A program made the translations under genes and the position numbers. The notes beneath the pieces were generated by a model that was not told the DNA's origin, did no database searches, and saw only the letters and a list, made by a program, of their open reading frames with translations. From Anaeromyxobacteraceae bacterium (GTDB taxonomy: Bacteria; Myxococcota; Myxococcia; Myxococcales; Anaeromyxobacteraceae), in assembly GCA_047602405.1 (NCBI GenBank), contig JASGHJ010000001.1, positions 224,001 to 288,000 of the forward strand: DNA of 64,000 nt, written 5' to 3'. This document shows positions 31,427-39,760 of this stretch, piece after piece. Positions within the stretch are counted from its first letter, which is position 1. Each line of letters starts with the position of its first letter.

Positions 31427-31688
31427 GTGAACCCGGAATCCGTAAGGTCATTCTCCGATGAAGTCCCTGCGGGGACGGCCGCGAGATGCCGAGCCCGATG
31501 GGCTCGCGCAGACGTTCTGCCCGCGTTCTCCGCCGTCTCTTCCATCCTGCGCATACGTCTGCGCCGCTTCGCGCACTCGCACCCGCCTGGCGGACACCTG
31601 ACTCGCCCCTCGAGCTTGAGGCGACGGCCGAGCTGCACGCCCCATCAGTTACACCACTGGTGGAGGGGCTTACGGATTCCGGGGTCAC
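31427..31688. mobile_element. MITE-like / internally deleted IS element
   Basis: 20-bp terminal inverted repeats, 1 mismatch: GTGAACCCGGAATCCGTAAG (31427-31446) and CTTACGGATTCCGGGGTCAC (31669-31688). Confidence 0.65.
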
Positions 31689-31732
31689 GCCAAGGAGTGG
31701 CTGGCCAGCGCCCGATTGGCGGGCCGGGCGTC

Positions 31733-31750
31733 GCTATCATATCTGATAGC
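31733..31750. promoter_or_regulatory. Palindromic operator-like site
   Basis: GCTATCA-TATC-TGATAGC, AT-rich perfect 7-bp inverted repeat upstream of the protease gene. Confidence 0.5.
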
Positions 31751-31869
31751 ACTTTCGCTCCCTGGGGAGCAGGGACACGTCGGGCGCGGCAGGTGGACTT
31801 GTCCCGGATGACGACGCGAGCGCGTGGTAGCCTGACGGGCTCTCAGCCTCGCACACCGGAGCCCGACCG

Positions 31870-32655
31870 ATGATCACCGGCCTCGCCTTGCTCGCCCTCG
31901 CCATCGCCCCGGCGGACGTCGCGTCCCTGTCGGAGCGAGCGCAGCCGACGGTGGTGAAGCTCGTCGCCGAGGACGCCCGCGGCCAGGAGGAATCGTCGGG
32001 CACGGGCTTCTTCGTCTCTGCAGACGGGCGCATCGTCACGAATCACCACGTCGTGGAGGGCGCCAGCCGGCTCGTGGCCCTCGTGCAAGGCGGACGGAGG
32101 CTCGCCGTCGTGGGCGTGCTCGCGCGCGACGAGGGCTCCGATCTGGCAGTGCTTCAGGCCGAGGCGGGCAGCTACCCGTTCCTGACGCTGGGAGGTGACG
32201 AGTCGCTCGTGGTGGGCACGCCCGTGGCAGTGATCGGGAGCCCTGTCGGCCTGGAGGGCACGCTCTCCACAGGCATCGTGTCCGCGATCCGCAAGAACGG
32301 GACGGATATCCACGGCGAGCAGAAGGCGAGCTGGCAACTGCAGATCACCGCCCCCATCTCGCCCGGATCGAGCGGCTCTCCGGTGCTGCTCGAGGACGGT
32401 CGGGTGGTGGCCGTGGCGGTCGGCAAAGTACTCGGCGGAGAAGGGTTGAACTTCGCCATTCCGGCGACGCTCGCGACGGCCTTGCTGGCCCGCGTGGCCC
32501 CGGGCGCGAAGCCAGAGCCGCTCCACGCGAGCACGGCGCTCGTCCGCAACCTGGCGATCTCGGCCGTGTTCTTCCTCGTCATCGCGGCCGGCTTCCGACT
32601 TGGTCGTCGGACAGGCAGGGGTCGCGACGAGACGAGGTCGACCGCGCGTCACTGA
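31870..32655 (+). CDS. Trypsin-like (S1C) serine protease with C-terminal TM helix
   Basis: GTGFFV, TNHHVV, DLAVL, ISPGSSGSP. Confidence 0.9.
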   Translation: MITGLALLALAIAPADVASLSERAQPTVVKLVAEDARGQEESSGTGFFVSADGRIVTNHHVVEGASRLVALVQGGRRLAVVGVLARDEGSDLAVLQAEAGSYPFLTLGGDESLVVGTPVAVIGSPVGLEGTLSTGIVSAIRKNGTDIHGEQKASWQLQITAPISPGSSGSPVLLEDGRVVAVAVGKVLGGEGLNFAIPATLATALLARVAPGAKPEPLHASTALVRNLAISAVFFLVIAAGFRLGRRTGRGRDETRSTARH

Positions 32656-32710
32656 TCCGCGCGTCCGAGGGACTTTCCGAGACACGCTCGCCCCCCCGCC
32701 CCCCCCACCC

Positions 32711-32732
32711 CGTCGGTCCCGCGCGCTAAGCT
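32711..32732 (+). promoter_or_regulatory. PafBC-type promoter motif upstream of xth
   Basis: CGTCGG-N10-TA-N3-T versus mycobacterial TGTCGG-N10-TA-N3-T; ends 6 nt before ATG. Confidence 0.5.
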
Positions 32733-32738
32733 CGGCCC

Positions 32739-33488
32739 ATGAAGGTCGTCACCTGGAACGTGAACGGGGTCCGCGCCCGCGAGGCGCAGGTCCTCGACCT
32801 CCTCGCCCGCGAGCGGCCGGACGTGCTCTGCCTGCAGGAGCTCAAGGCGCCGCCCGAGAAGATCCCCCCGGCGCTCCAGGCGCTCGAGGGCTACCACGGC
32901 ATCTGGCACGGCGAGACCGCGTACTCCGGCGTGAGCCTGCACGTTCGCGCCGAGCACTGCCCGGCGCCGCCCGCCTTCGTGCACCCGCCCTTCGACCTCG
33001 AGACGCGCATCGCGGCGGCCGAGGTGGCGGGCGTCACCTTCGCCTCGGTCTACGTCCCGAACGGCGGGAAGGACCTCGTGGCGAAGATGACGTTCCTCGC
33101 GGCGCTCGAGGCGTGGGCCGCCGCGCTCGCCTCGGAGGGGCGGCGCCTCGTCGTGTGCGGCGACCTCAACGTCGCCCTCACCGACCGTGACGTCCACCCC
33201 AAGGAGCGCAAGCCCGGCGTCATCGGCCAGCGCGAGGACGAGCGCGCGCTCCTCGGCGCGGTGATCGGGCGCGGGCTCGTGGACCTCGGCCGGGCCGCCG
33301 CGCCGGACGACGACGGCCTCTTCACGTGGTGGGCGCCGTGGCGGAACATGCGCCAGCGCAACATCGGCTGGCGCATCGACTACGTGCTCGCGAGCGCGGC
33401 GCTCGCGGAGGTCCCCCGCTGCCGGGTGATGGCCGACTTCGGGACGAGCGACCACGCACCGGTCGTGGCCGAGCTGCCCGCGCCCTGA
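32739..33488 (+). CDS. xth: Exodeoxyribonuclease III / AP endonuclease
   Basis: TWNVNGVRAR, LCLQELK, YVPNG, GDLN, GWRIDY, SDHAPV. Confidence 0.95.
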   Translation: MKVVTWNVNGVRAREAQVLDLLARERPDVLCLQELKAPPEKIPPALQALEGYHGIWHGETAYSGVSLHVRAEHCPAPPAFVHPPFDLETRIAAAEVAGVTFASVYVPNGGKDLVAKMTFLAALEAWAAALASEGRRLVVCGDLNVALTDRDVHPKERKPGVIGQREDERALLGAVIGRGLVDLGRAAAPDDDGLFTWWAPWRNMRQRNIGWRIDYVLASAALAEVPRCRVMADFGTSDHAPVVAELPAP

Positions 33489-33498
33489 GCCGCGTGGC

Positions 33499-33512
33499 TT
33501 GAGTGCGATCAA
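33499..33512. promoter_or_regulatory. FNR/Crp-family box
   Basis: TTGAG-TGCG-ATCAA, 9 of 10 positions match TTGAT-N4-ATCAA. Confidence 0.55.
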
Positions 33513-33702
33513 CTGGCGCGACGCATCGCGCCAATTGACATGCAATTGCGTCGATTCGTCGCAGCCCGATTGGCGCGCGGCGCATTGCCATTCCCGCGTG
33601 CGCGCGACTACCTTCGCGCCCGTTCCCGTCACCGCAGGCCAGCCACGCACGCCGCCTCTCCGAGCCCCGTGCGCGTGCGGCAGCCCCGCGCAGGAGAGCC
33701 CC

Positions 33703-35928
33703 ATGTCCACCGCCGCCACGAAGCCCGTCGCCGAGACCCTCCGCACCCTGCCGGGCGACGACGTCCGCCAGCTCATGTGGCGGTTCGCCGACCGTTACGA
33801 CCTCCAGATGCTCGTGCAGTCGGCGCGCGGCGTGGCGCGCGGCCCGGTCGCCCGGCTCGTCGCCGAGGGCGGCCGCAACGAGCACGACTGGACGGCGCGC
33901 AAGAACGAGCTCCTCGGCCACTACGACGCCTCGGGCATCACCGGCGCGTTCATGGAGCCGGAGGAGGGCGGCTTCATCGCGGGGCCGAAGAACCTCGCGC
34001 TCTCCCTCTCGGCCTTCGAGCTCGCCTGGGTCGACGCCGGCGCCGCCACCGGCGCGCTCGCCGGCTTCCTCGGCCTCTCGCCGATCCACGAGCGCGGCAC
34101 CGCCGAGCAGAAGCAGCACTACATGAGCCTCGCCGCCCCGCCGCAGCCGGGCGAGGACCGCAAGCCCTGGCGCGCCGCCTTCGCGCTCACCGAGCCCATC
34201 CCGTACGTGGGCGTCGACACCGGCATGCTGAACGGCAAGGTCCGCGTCGCGGAGTGGAAGGACGGCGAGGAGCCGATGCTGCAGGTGGAGAAGCGCGGCC
34301 GCTTCATCACCAACATGGGCTTCGCGAACTTCGTCACCGCGGCGGTCGACACCGACGATCCGCGGGTGAAGTCCTCCTGCCTCGTGATCCTGGAGGAGGG
34401 CGACCCGGGCACCTTCGACCGCGGCACGCCCACGAAGAAGCTCGTCCACCAGCTCTCCTCCACGAACGACCCGATCTTCAGCCTGCGCATCCCGGCGAGT
34501 CGGATCGTGGGCGGCTACACGGTGAAGGACGGCGTGATCGTCCCGAACTACGACCACTCCGAGGTGATCGAGGCCGTGTTCCGCCGCACCCGCGTCACGG
34601 TGGGCGTCATGACCGCCGCGAAGCTCCTCAGCGCGGTCGAGCCCATCATCCGCTACCAGCGCGGCCGCTTCCGCGGCGCGGAGCAGGCGGCGCCCGGCTC
34701 GATCCGCTACGAGCTCGGCATCCAGCAGCGCGCCGACGCGCTCCACCGGCTCGTCGAGGTGTGGGCCACCGGCGAGGCCGCCGCGTCCCTGGGCTTCCAG
34801 ACCGCCCGCCTCTTCGACGCGCTCGACCCGCTCGAGAAGCAGAAGGACGCGCTCCTGGCCGAGCAGAAGATCTCCGGCGCGAAGGCGACCTTGAAGTGGC
34901 TGAAGCTCGTCGAGAAGGGCGCGCTCGAGCTCCTCGAGCTCAAGGCGCACCCGCGCGGCCCCCGCGAGGACGCCCGCATCGCCGAGCTCGAGGCCGACGA
35001 GATGGTGCGCTTCATCCTCCTCGACTCCGCCGCGAACGTGCTCTGCCCGGCGACGAAGCTCTGGAACACCGGCGTCGGCGCGACCGTCATGCGCGAGGCC
35101 GTGTCGCTGATGGGCGGCTACGGCATCACCGAGGACTGCCCCGGCTTCCTGGGCCAGAAGTGGATGGACGCCCAGCTCGAGGCCACCTACGAGGGGCCGG
35201 AGGCGGTGCAGCGCCGCCAGCTGTCGGTGACGATGTCGAACCCGGTGTTCCTCGCGCAGCTGAAGTCCTGGCTCCGCGAGCTCCGCCACGTCGCCGGCAC
35301 GCACCCCGGCACCGGCGCCTGCGCGCTCGCCACCGCGCTCGACCTGTGGCTCTGGACCCACCGGCACCTCGAGGGCGCGAAGGACGCCGACGGCAAGGGG
35401 CTCATGCAGGCCCCGCGGCAGGGCGTCACCTTCAAGCTCGCCGACGCGCTCGCCTGGCTCGTCGCCGCGCGCGCGCAGGTGCTCGACGCGGTCGAGCTCG
35501 CCGATCACGGCCAGGCGATCCTCGGCGACGCGCACGCCTCGACCGCGCGCTTCTTCGCCGACCTCTGCCACGTGCAGATCGCGCGGGCGTCGGGCGAGGT
35601 CGGCCGCATCTGCGCCGAGCTCGTGCACGGCTACAACCGCCACCCGCAGTGGGACGACGGGGGGCGCGTGGCCTGCTGGTCGGCGAACGACGCCGAGGCG
35701 CTCGAGGGCATCGTGCCCGGGCTCGCGGGCTGCTCCTACGACGTCCTGCCCGACGGCAGCCACCCGGACAAGGAGGGCCCCTGCGCCTCCTGCCGCGGCA
35801 TCACCGACTTCCGCAACCTGCGCGCGAAGCTCGACGGCTGCCTCTCCGGCGCCGGGCTCTCGAAGGACCGCGCCGCCGAGGCCGTCTCGCGGGTGATGAT
35901 CCCCGAGGCGCTCGACTACCCGCGGTAG
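33703..35928 (+). CDS. Large acyl-CoA dehydrogenase family protein
   Basis: AFALTEP, GRFITN, MGGYGITED, ATYEGPEAVQ; RBS aggaga. Confidence 0.9.
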   Translation: MSTAATKPVAETLRTLPGDDVRQLMWRFADRYDLQMLVQSARGVARGPVARLVAEGGRNEHDWTARKNELLGHYDASGITGAFMEPEEGGFIAGPKNLALSLSAFELAWVDAGAATGALAGFLGLSPIHERGTAEQKQHYMSLAAPPQPGEDRKPWRAAFALTEPIPYVGVDTGMLNGKVRVAEWKDGEEPMLQVEKRGRFITNMGFANFVTAAVDTDDPRVKSSCLVILEEGDPGTFDRGTPTKKLVHQLSSTNDPIFSLRIPASRIVGGYTVKDGVIVPNYDHSEVIEAVFRRTRVTVGVMTAAKLLSAVEPIIRYQRGRFRGAEQAAPGSIRYELGIQQRADALHRLVEVWATGEAAASLGFQTARLFDALDPLEKQKDALLAEQKISGAKATLKWLKLVEKGALELLELKAHPRGPREDARIAELEADEMVRFILLDSAANVLCPATKLWNTGVGATVMREAVSLMGGYGITEDCPGFLGQKWMDAQLEATYEGPEAVQRRQLSVTMSNPVFLAQLKSWLRELRHVAGTHPGTGACALATALDLWLWTHRHLEGAKDADGKGLMQAPRQGVTFKLADALAWLVAARAQVLDAVELADHGQAILGDAHASTARFFADLCHVQIARASGEVGRICAELVHGYNRHPQWDDGGRVACWSANDAEALEGIVPGLAGCSYDVLPDGSHPDKEGPCASCRGITDFRNLRAKLDGCLSGAGLSKDRAAEAVSRVMIPEALDYPR

Positions 35929-35936
35929 GGGGCGCC

Positions 35937-37802
35937 ATGGGCACCGAGATCGACCCGGGCGCGCAGCCCGAGCGCGCCAGCCTCGCCGTGGACATCGCCT
36001 GCGTCGGCTTCGGGCCGGCGGCGGCGGGCTTCCTCACCACCCTCTCCCGCCGGCTCGCCGACGCCGGGAAGCCGCCGCTCGAGAGCCGGGCGTCGCCCGG
36101 CCTGCCGCTGCAGGTCGTGTGCTACGAGCGCGCCGACGACCCCGGCTTCGGCGTGTCGGGCGTCGTGACCCGCGGGCGCGGCATCTCCGCCGCGTTCCCC
36201 GATCTCGACGTCTCGCAGATCCCGATGGCCGCGCGCGTCGGCGAGGAGAAGGTGCTTTACCTCCTCGACCCCGTGGGCGCGAGCCGCCGCTCCGCCGCGA
36301 TGAAGGCGGCCGACGCCTCGGTCCGCGCCATGGGCGCGGTGCTCGGCCTCGCCGACCACGCGCTGGAGCTCCCCTGGACGCCGGAGTTCCTCCACAAGGA
36401 GGGCGGCTTCGTCTTCTCGATGGGCCAGCTCATGCAGTGGGTCGCCGGGCAGGTGCTCGCGACCGGCACGGTGCAGCTGTGGCCCGCCACGCCCGCCGCG
36501 GAGGCGTTGCTCGACGGCCGGCGCGTGCTCGGCGTGCGGCTCGCCGACCAGGGCGTCGACCGCGCCGGCAAGCCCGAGGCCGCGTTCATGCCGGGCATGG
36601 ACGTGCACGCGGGGCTCACCGTGGTGGCGGACGGGCCGGTCGGCGCGGTGGGGCGCCAGCTCGACGCCGCGCTCGGGATGCCCGCGGGGAACGCCCGGCG
36701 CGACTGGGCCGTCGGCATGAAGCTCGTCGTGGACCTCCCGGAGAAGTGCACGCTCGAGCCCGGGACCGTGCTCCACACCATCGGCTTCCCCGAGCCGGAG
36801 ATCTTCGGCTTCCTCTACGTGCACCCGGGCCGCGTCGCCTCGGTCGGCATCTTCGTGCCGAGCTGGTTCGAGTCGCCGGTGCGCACGAGCTACCGGTACC
36901 TGCAGCACTATGTCCGCCACCCGGCGCTGTGGAAGCACCTCGAGGGCGGGCGGCTCCGCTCCTGGGGCGCGAAGTCGATCCTCGAGTCCGGCCGCCGCGG
37001 CGAGCCGCTGCTCGCGGGCGACGGCTTCGCGCGCATCGGCGAGGGCTCCGGCGCGACGAACGTGCTCACGAACTCCGGCGTGGACGAGGCGTTCACGACC
37101 GGCACGCTGCTCGCCGAGGGCGTCATCGAGCTCCTCGAGGCGGGCAAGCCCTTCACGAAGGAGCACCTCGACGACGCCTACGTCGCGCGCCGCCGGGCGA
37201 GCTGGGTCGAGGCGGAGGGGCGCGTCGCCGAGAAGGCCCGCGACGGCTTCCAGAAGGGCACCGTGACCGGCCTCCTCGGGATGGCGCTCGCGGGGATCAC
37301 CGGCGGGAAGGTCGCGCTCGGCGAGGAGCCACCGCACCCGGCCGACGCGATCGGCACGGTCGAGGGCTTCTACCGGGGCCGGCTCGCGCCGGCGGAGATC
37401 GCGCGGATCCGCGCGGAGTGCGAGGCGAAGGCCGTGCCGCTCCACGACGCGCTCATGGACGCGGCCGGCTGGCCGCCGGTGGAGCTCGACGGGCAGCTCC
37501 TCGTGACCCAGCAGGACGCGCTCCTCATGGGCGGCAAGGTGCAGGCGCCCCCGGGCTACGCGGACCACGTCGTGTTCCTGAGGCCGGAGGTCTGCCGGGC
37601 CTGCGACCGGAAGGTCTGCTTCGAGATCTGCTCGGCGGAGGCGATCCGCCCGGGCGAGGGCGGCGTGCCGGCCTTCGACCGCGAGAAGTGCGTGCACTGC
37701 GGCGCCTGCCTGTGGAGCTGCACCGGCCGCCTCGACGGCACCGACGAGGTCAACCTCTCCTTCCGCGCCGGCGCGGGAGGGCTTCACTCAGCGGAGAATT
37801 AG
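35937..37802 (+). CDS. ETF:quinone oxidoreductase (FixC-like FAD domain + C-terminal 4Fe-4S)
   Basis: VGFGPA FAD motif, WGAKSI, CRAC..CFEICS and CVHCGAC. Confidence 0.87.
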   Translation: MGTEIDPGAQPERASLAVDIACVGFGPAAAGFLTTLSRRLADAGKPPLESRASPGLPLQVVCYERADDPGFGVSGVVTRGRGISAAFPDLDVSQIPMAARVGEEKVLYLLDPVGASRRSAAMKAADASVRAMGAVLGLADHALELPWTPEFLHKEGGFVFSMGQLMQWVAGQVLATGTVQLWPATPAAEALLDGRRVLGVRLADQGVDRAGKPEAAFMPGMDVHAGLTVVADGPVGAVGRQLDAALGMPAGNARRDWAVGMKLVVDLPEKCTLEPGTVLHTIGFPEPEIFGFLYVHPGRVASVGIFVPSWFESPVRTSYRYLQHYVRHPALWKHLEGGRLRSWGAKSILESGRRGEPLLAGDGFARIGEGSGATNVLTNSGVDEAFTTGTLLAEGVIELLEAGKPFTKEHLDDAYVARRRASWVEAEGRVAEKARDGFQKGTVTGLLGMALAGITGGKVALGEEPPHPADAIGTVEGFYRGRLAPAEIARIRAECEAKAVPLHDALMDAAGWPPVELDGQLLVTQQDALLMGGKVQAPPGYADHVVFLRPEVCRACDRKVCFEICSAEAIRPGEGGVPAFDREKCVHCGACLWSCTGRLDGTDEVNLSFRAGAGGLHSAEN

Positions 37803-37804
37803 CC

Positions 37805-38614
37805 ATGACCGGGTTCCACATCGTCGTGCTCGGCAGCGTCGTGCCCGACCCGCTGCAGGTGCTCGAGCCCGTCTCGACGCCCGCCGGGCCGGGGCTCAAG
37901 AACGAGGCGATGCTGCCGGCGGTGCTCGACCCGTGGGCGGCCAGCGCGCTCTACGAGGCCGCGGCGCTCGCGGCCGCGGCGCCGGGCTCGAAGGTGACCC
38001 TCGTCGCGCTCGGCCCGAAGGCGAAGCTGCAGCAGGTCATGATGGCGGTCGGGCAGAAGGTGCCGTTCGAGCTCGTCGCGCTCGACGGGCCGGCCGGCGG
38101 CTTCACCGATGCGCACGAGGTCGCCGCGAGGCTGGCCGCCGCCGTGAGGGCGCTGCCCGGGCTCGACCTCTCGCGGCTGCTCCTCTTCGGCGGCTGGGAG
38201 TCGGCCTCGCGCTCGGCGGGCGTGACGCTCCAGCTCGTGGGCGAGGCGCTCGGCCTCGCCGAGCAGTTCCAGGGCGTCGACCGCCTCGCGCTCCGGCCCG
38301 ACGGCTCCTTCGAGGTGCTCGAGCGCGTCGAGGGCGGCAAGCACCAGGTGTCGGTGTGCCAGGGTGCGCCCGCGGTGCTCGGCTGGGCGACCGGCGAGCG
38401 GCCCGAGCCCAAGAACAACCCGCAGGTCGGCATGGCCAACATGCGCGGCATCATGCCCGCCCTGCAGAAGGCGGCGGCCGCCCCGGTGGGCGTCGGCGGC
38501 CAGGCGTTCGCCACGGTGCAGGTGCCGAGGGTGACGCGCGAGACGAAGGTCGTGAAGGACGCCACCCCCGACGCCATCGCGGCGGAGCTCGCCGCGTGGA
38601 TCCGCCAGGACTGA
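37805..38614 (+). CDS. etfB: Electron transfer flavoprotein beta subunit
   Basis: VPDP, ALYEAA, VALGP, ERVEGG; operon context. Confidence 0.82.
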   Translation: MTGFHIVVLGSVVPDPLQVLEPVSTPAGPGLKNEAMLPAVLDPWAASALYEAAALAAAAPGSKVTLVALGPKAKLQQVMMAVGQKVPFELVALDGPAGGFTDAHEVAARLAAAVRALPGLDLSRLLLFGGWESASRSAGVTLQLVGEALGLAEQFQGVDRLALRPDGSFEVLERVEGGKHQVSVCQGAPAVLGWATGERPEPKNNPQVGMANMRGIMPALQKAAAAPVGVGGQAFATVQVPRVTRETKVVKDATPDAIAAELAAWIRQD

Positions 38615-38634
38615 GAGAGGACCGGAGACCCGCC

Positions 38635-39642
38635 ATGGAGAACGTGCTCGTCCTCGCCCACCCCGACGCCCAGGGCGCCCTCCCGAGGGCCGCGCTCGAG
38701 GCCCTGTCCGCCGCGCGCGTGCTCGCCGCCGGCGGCACCGTCACCGCCGCGGTCCTCGGCGCCGATCCCGCGGCCGCCGCCGCGACGCTCGCCGCCGCCG
38801 GCGTCGCGAAGGTGCTCGTCGCCCGCGACCCCGCCCTCGCGACGGCCCGGTACGCCACCGACGCGGCGGCCGCCGCGGCGCTCGTGAAGGCCTCCGGCGC
38901 CACCGTCGTCGTCGCCCCCGCCACCTCCCGCCTCGCCCGCGTCGCCGCCGGCGTGGCCGCCCGGGTCGGCGGCAAGGTCGACAGCCACGTCGCCGCCGTC
39001 ACGCCGGAGGGCGCCATCACCCGCTGGACGTACCGGCAGCGCATCGAGGCGACCTTGAAGCGGAGCGAGCGCCCGTGGCTGTTGCTGGTGGACCCCGGCG
39101 CGTTCCCGGCCGCCGCGCCGGCGGGCGGGGCCGCGCCCGTCGAGGACGTCGCGATCGCGCTCCCCGCGTCGCGGACCACCGTCGAGGGCGAGCGCGCGCC
39201 CGCCTCCGGCGAGCAGACCATCAAGCCCGACGCGAAGCTGCTGTTCGTCGCCGGCGCGGGGTGGACGAAGAAGCAGGCCGACGGCCAGCTGCACGCGGAG
39301 GAGGCCGAGGGGCTCGTGAAGGGCTTCCTCGCCGGGTCCGGCGCGTCGCTCGGCTCGTCGAAGTCGCTCGTGGACCAGGCCGGCGAGGGCCACCGGGTCT
39401 TCGGCTTCATGACGCACCTCAACCAGATCGGCCAGACCGGCGCGACGCCCCGCCACGCGAAGGGCCTCTCCACCTGCTGCCACGGCGAGGAGCCCCACGT
39501 GGTCGGCTGGCGCTTCATCCGCGAGCGGCGAGCGGTGAGCCTCGACGCGAACTGCGGCTGGGCGCGCGGCAAGGCCGACGTCGTCTACGTGGCGGACGCG
39601 TTCCAGGTGATCGCGAAGCTCAACGCGCTCCTCGGCAGGTGA
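38635..39642 (+). CDS. etfA: Electron transfer flavoprotein alpha subunit (divergent)
   Basis: LGSSKSLVD, QIGQTG, ADVVYVAD. Confidence 0.82.
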   Translation: MENVLVLAHPDAQGALPRAALEALSAARVLAAGGTVTAAVLGADPAAAAATLAAAGVAKVLVARDPALATARYATDAAAAAALVKASGATVVVAPATSRLARVAAGVAARVGGKVDSHVAAVTPEGAITRWTYRQRIEATLKRSERPWLLLVDPGAFPAAAPAGGAAPVEDVAIALPASRTTVEGERAPASGEQTIKPDAKLLFVAGAGWTKKQADGQLHAEEAEGLVKGFLAGSGASLGSSKSLVDQAGEGHRVFGFMTHLNQIGQTGATPRHAKGLSTCCHGEEPHVVGWRFIRERRAVSLDANCGWARGKADVVYVADAFQVIAKLNALLGR

Positions 39643-39760
39643 CCGGAGCGCGACCGGGTCTCGATGTGCCCTCGGTCCGGGCGGCCGCCGGCGCCGCGCG
39701 ACCGCGACCATGCGTCCGTTGCCCGGCCCGCGCGGCCCTGCTCTATCCGTGAGGGTGAGC

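Noticed and set aside
33570..33590. Sigma-54 promoter TGGCGC..TTGC upstream of the ACAD
   Set aside because: GG to GC spacing is 13 nt rather than 10
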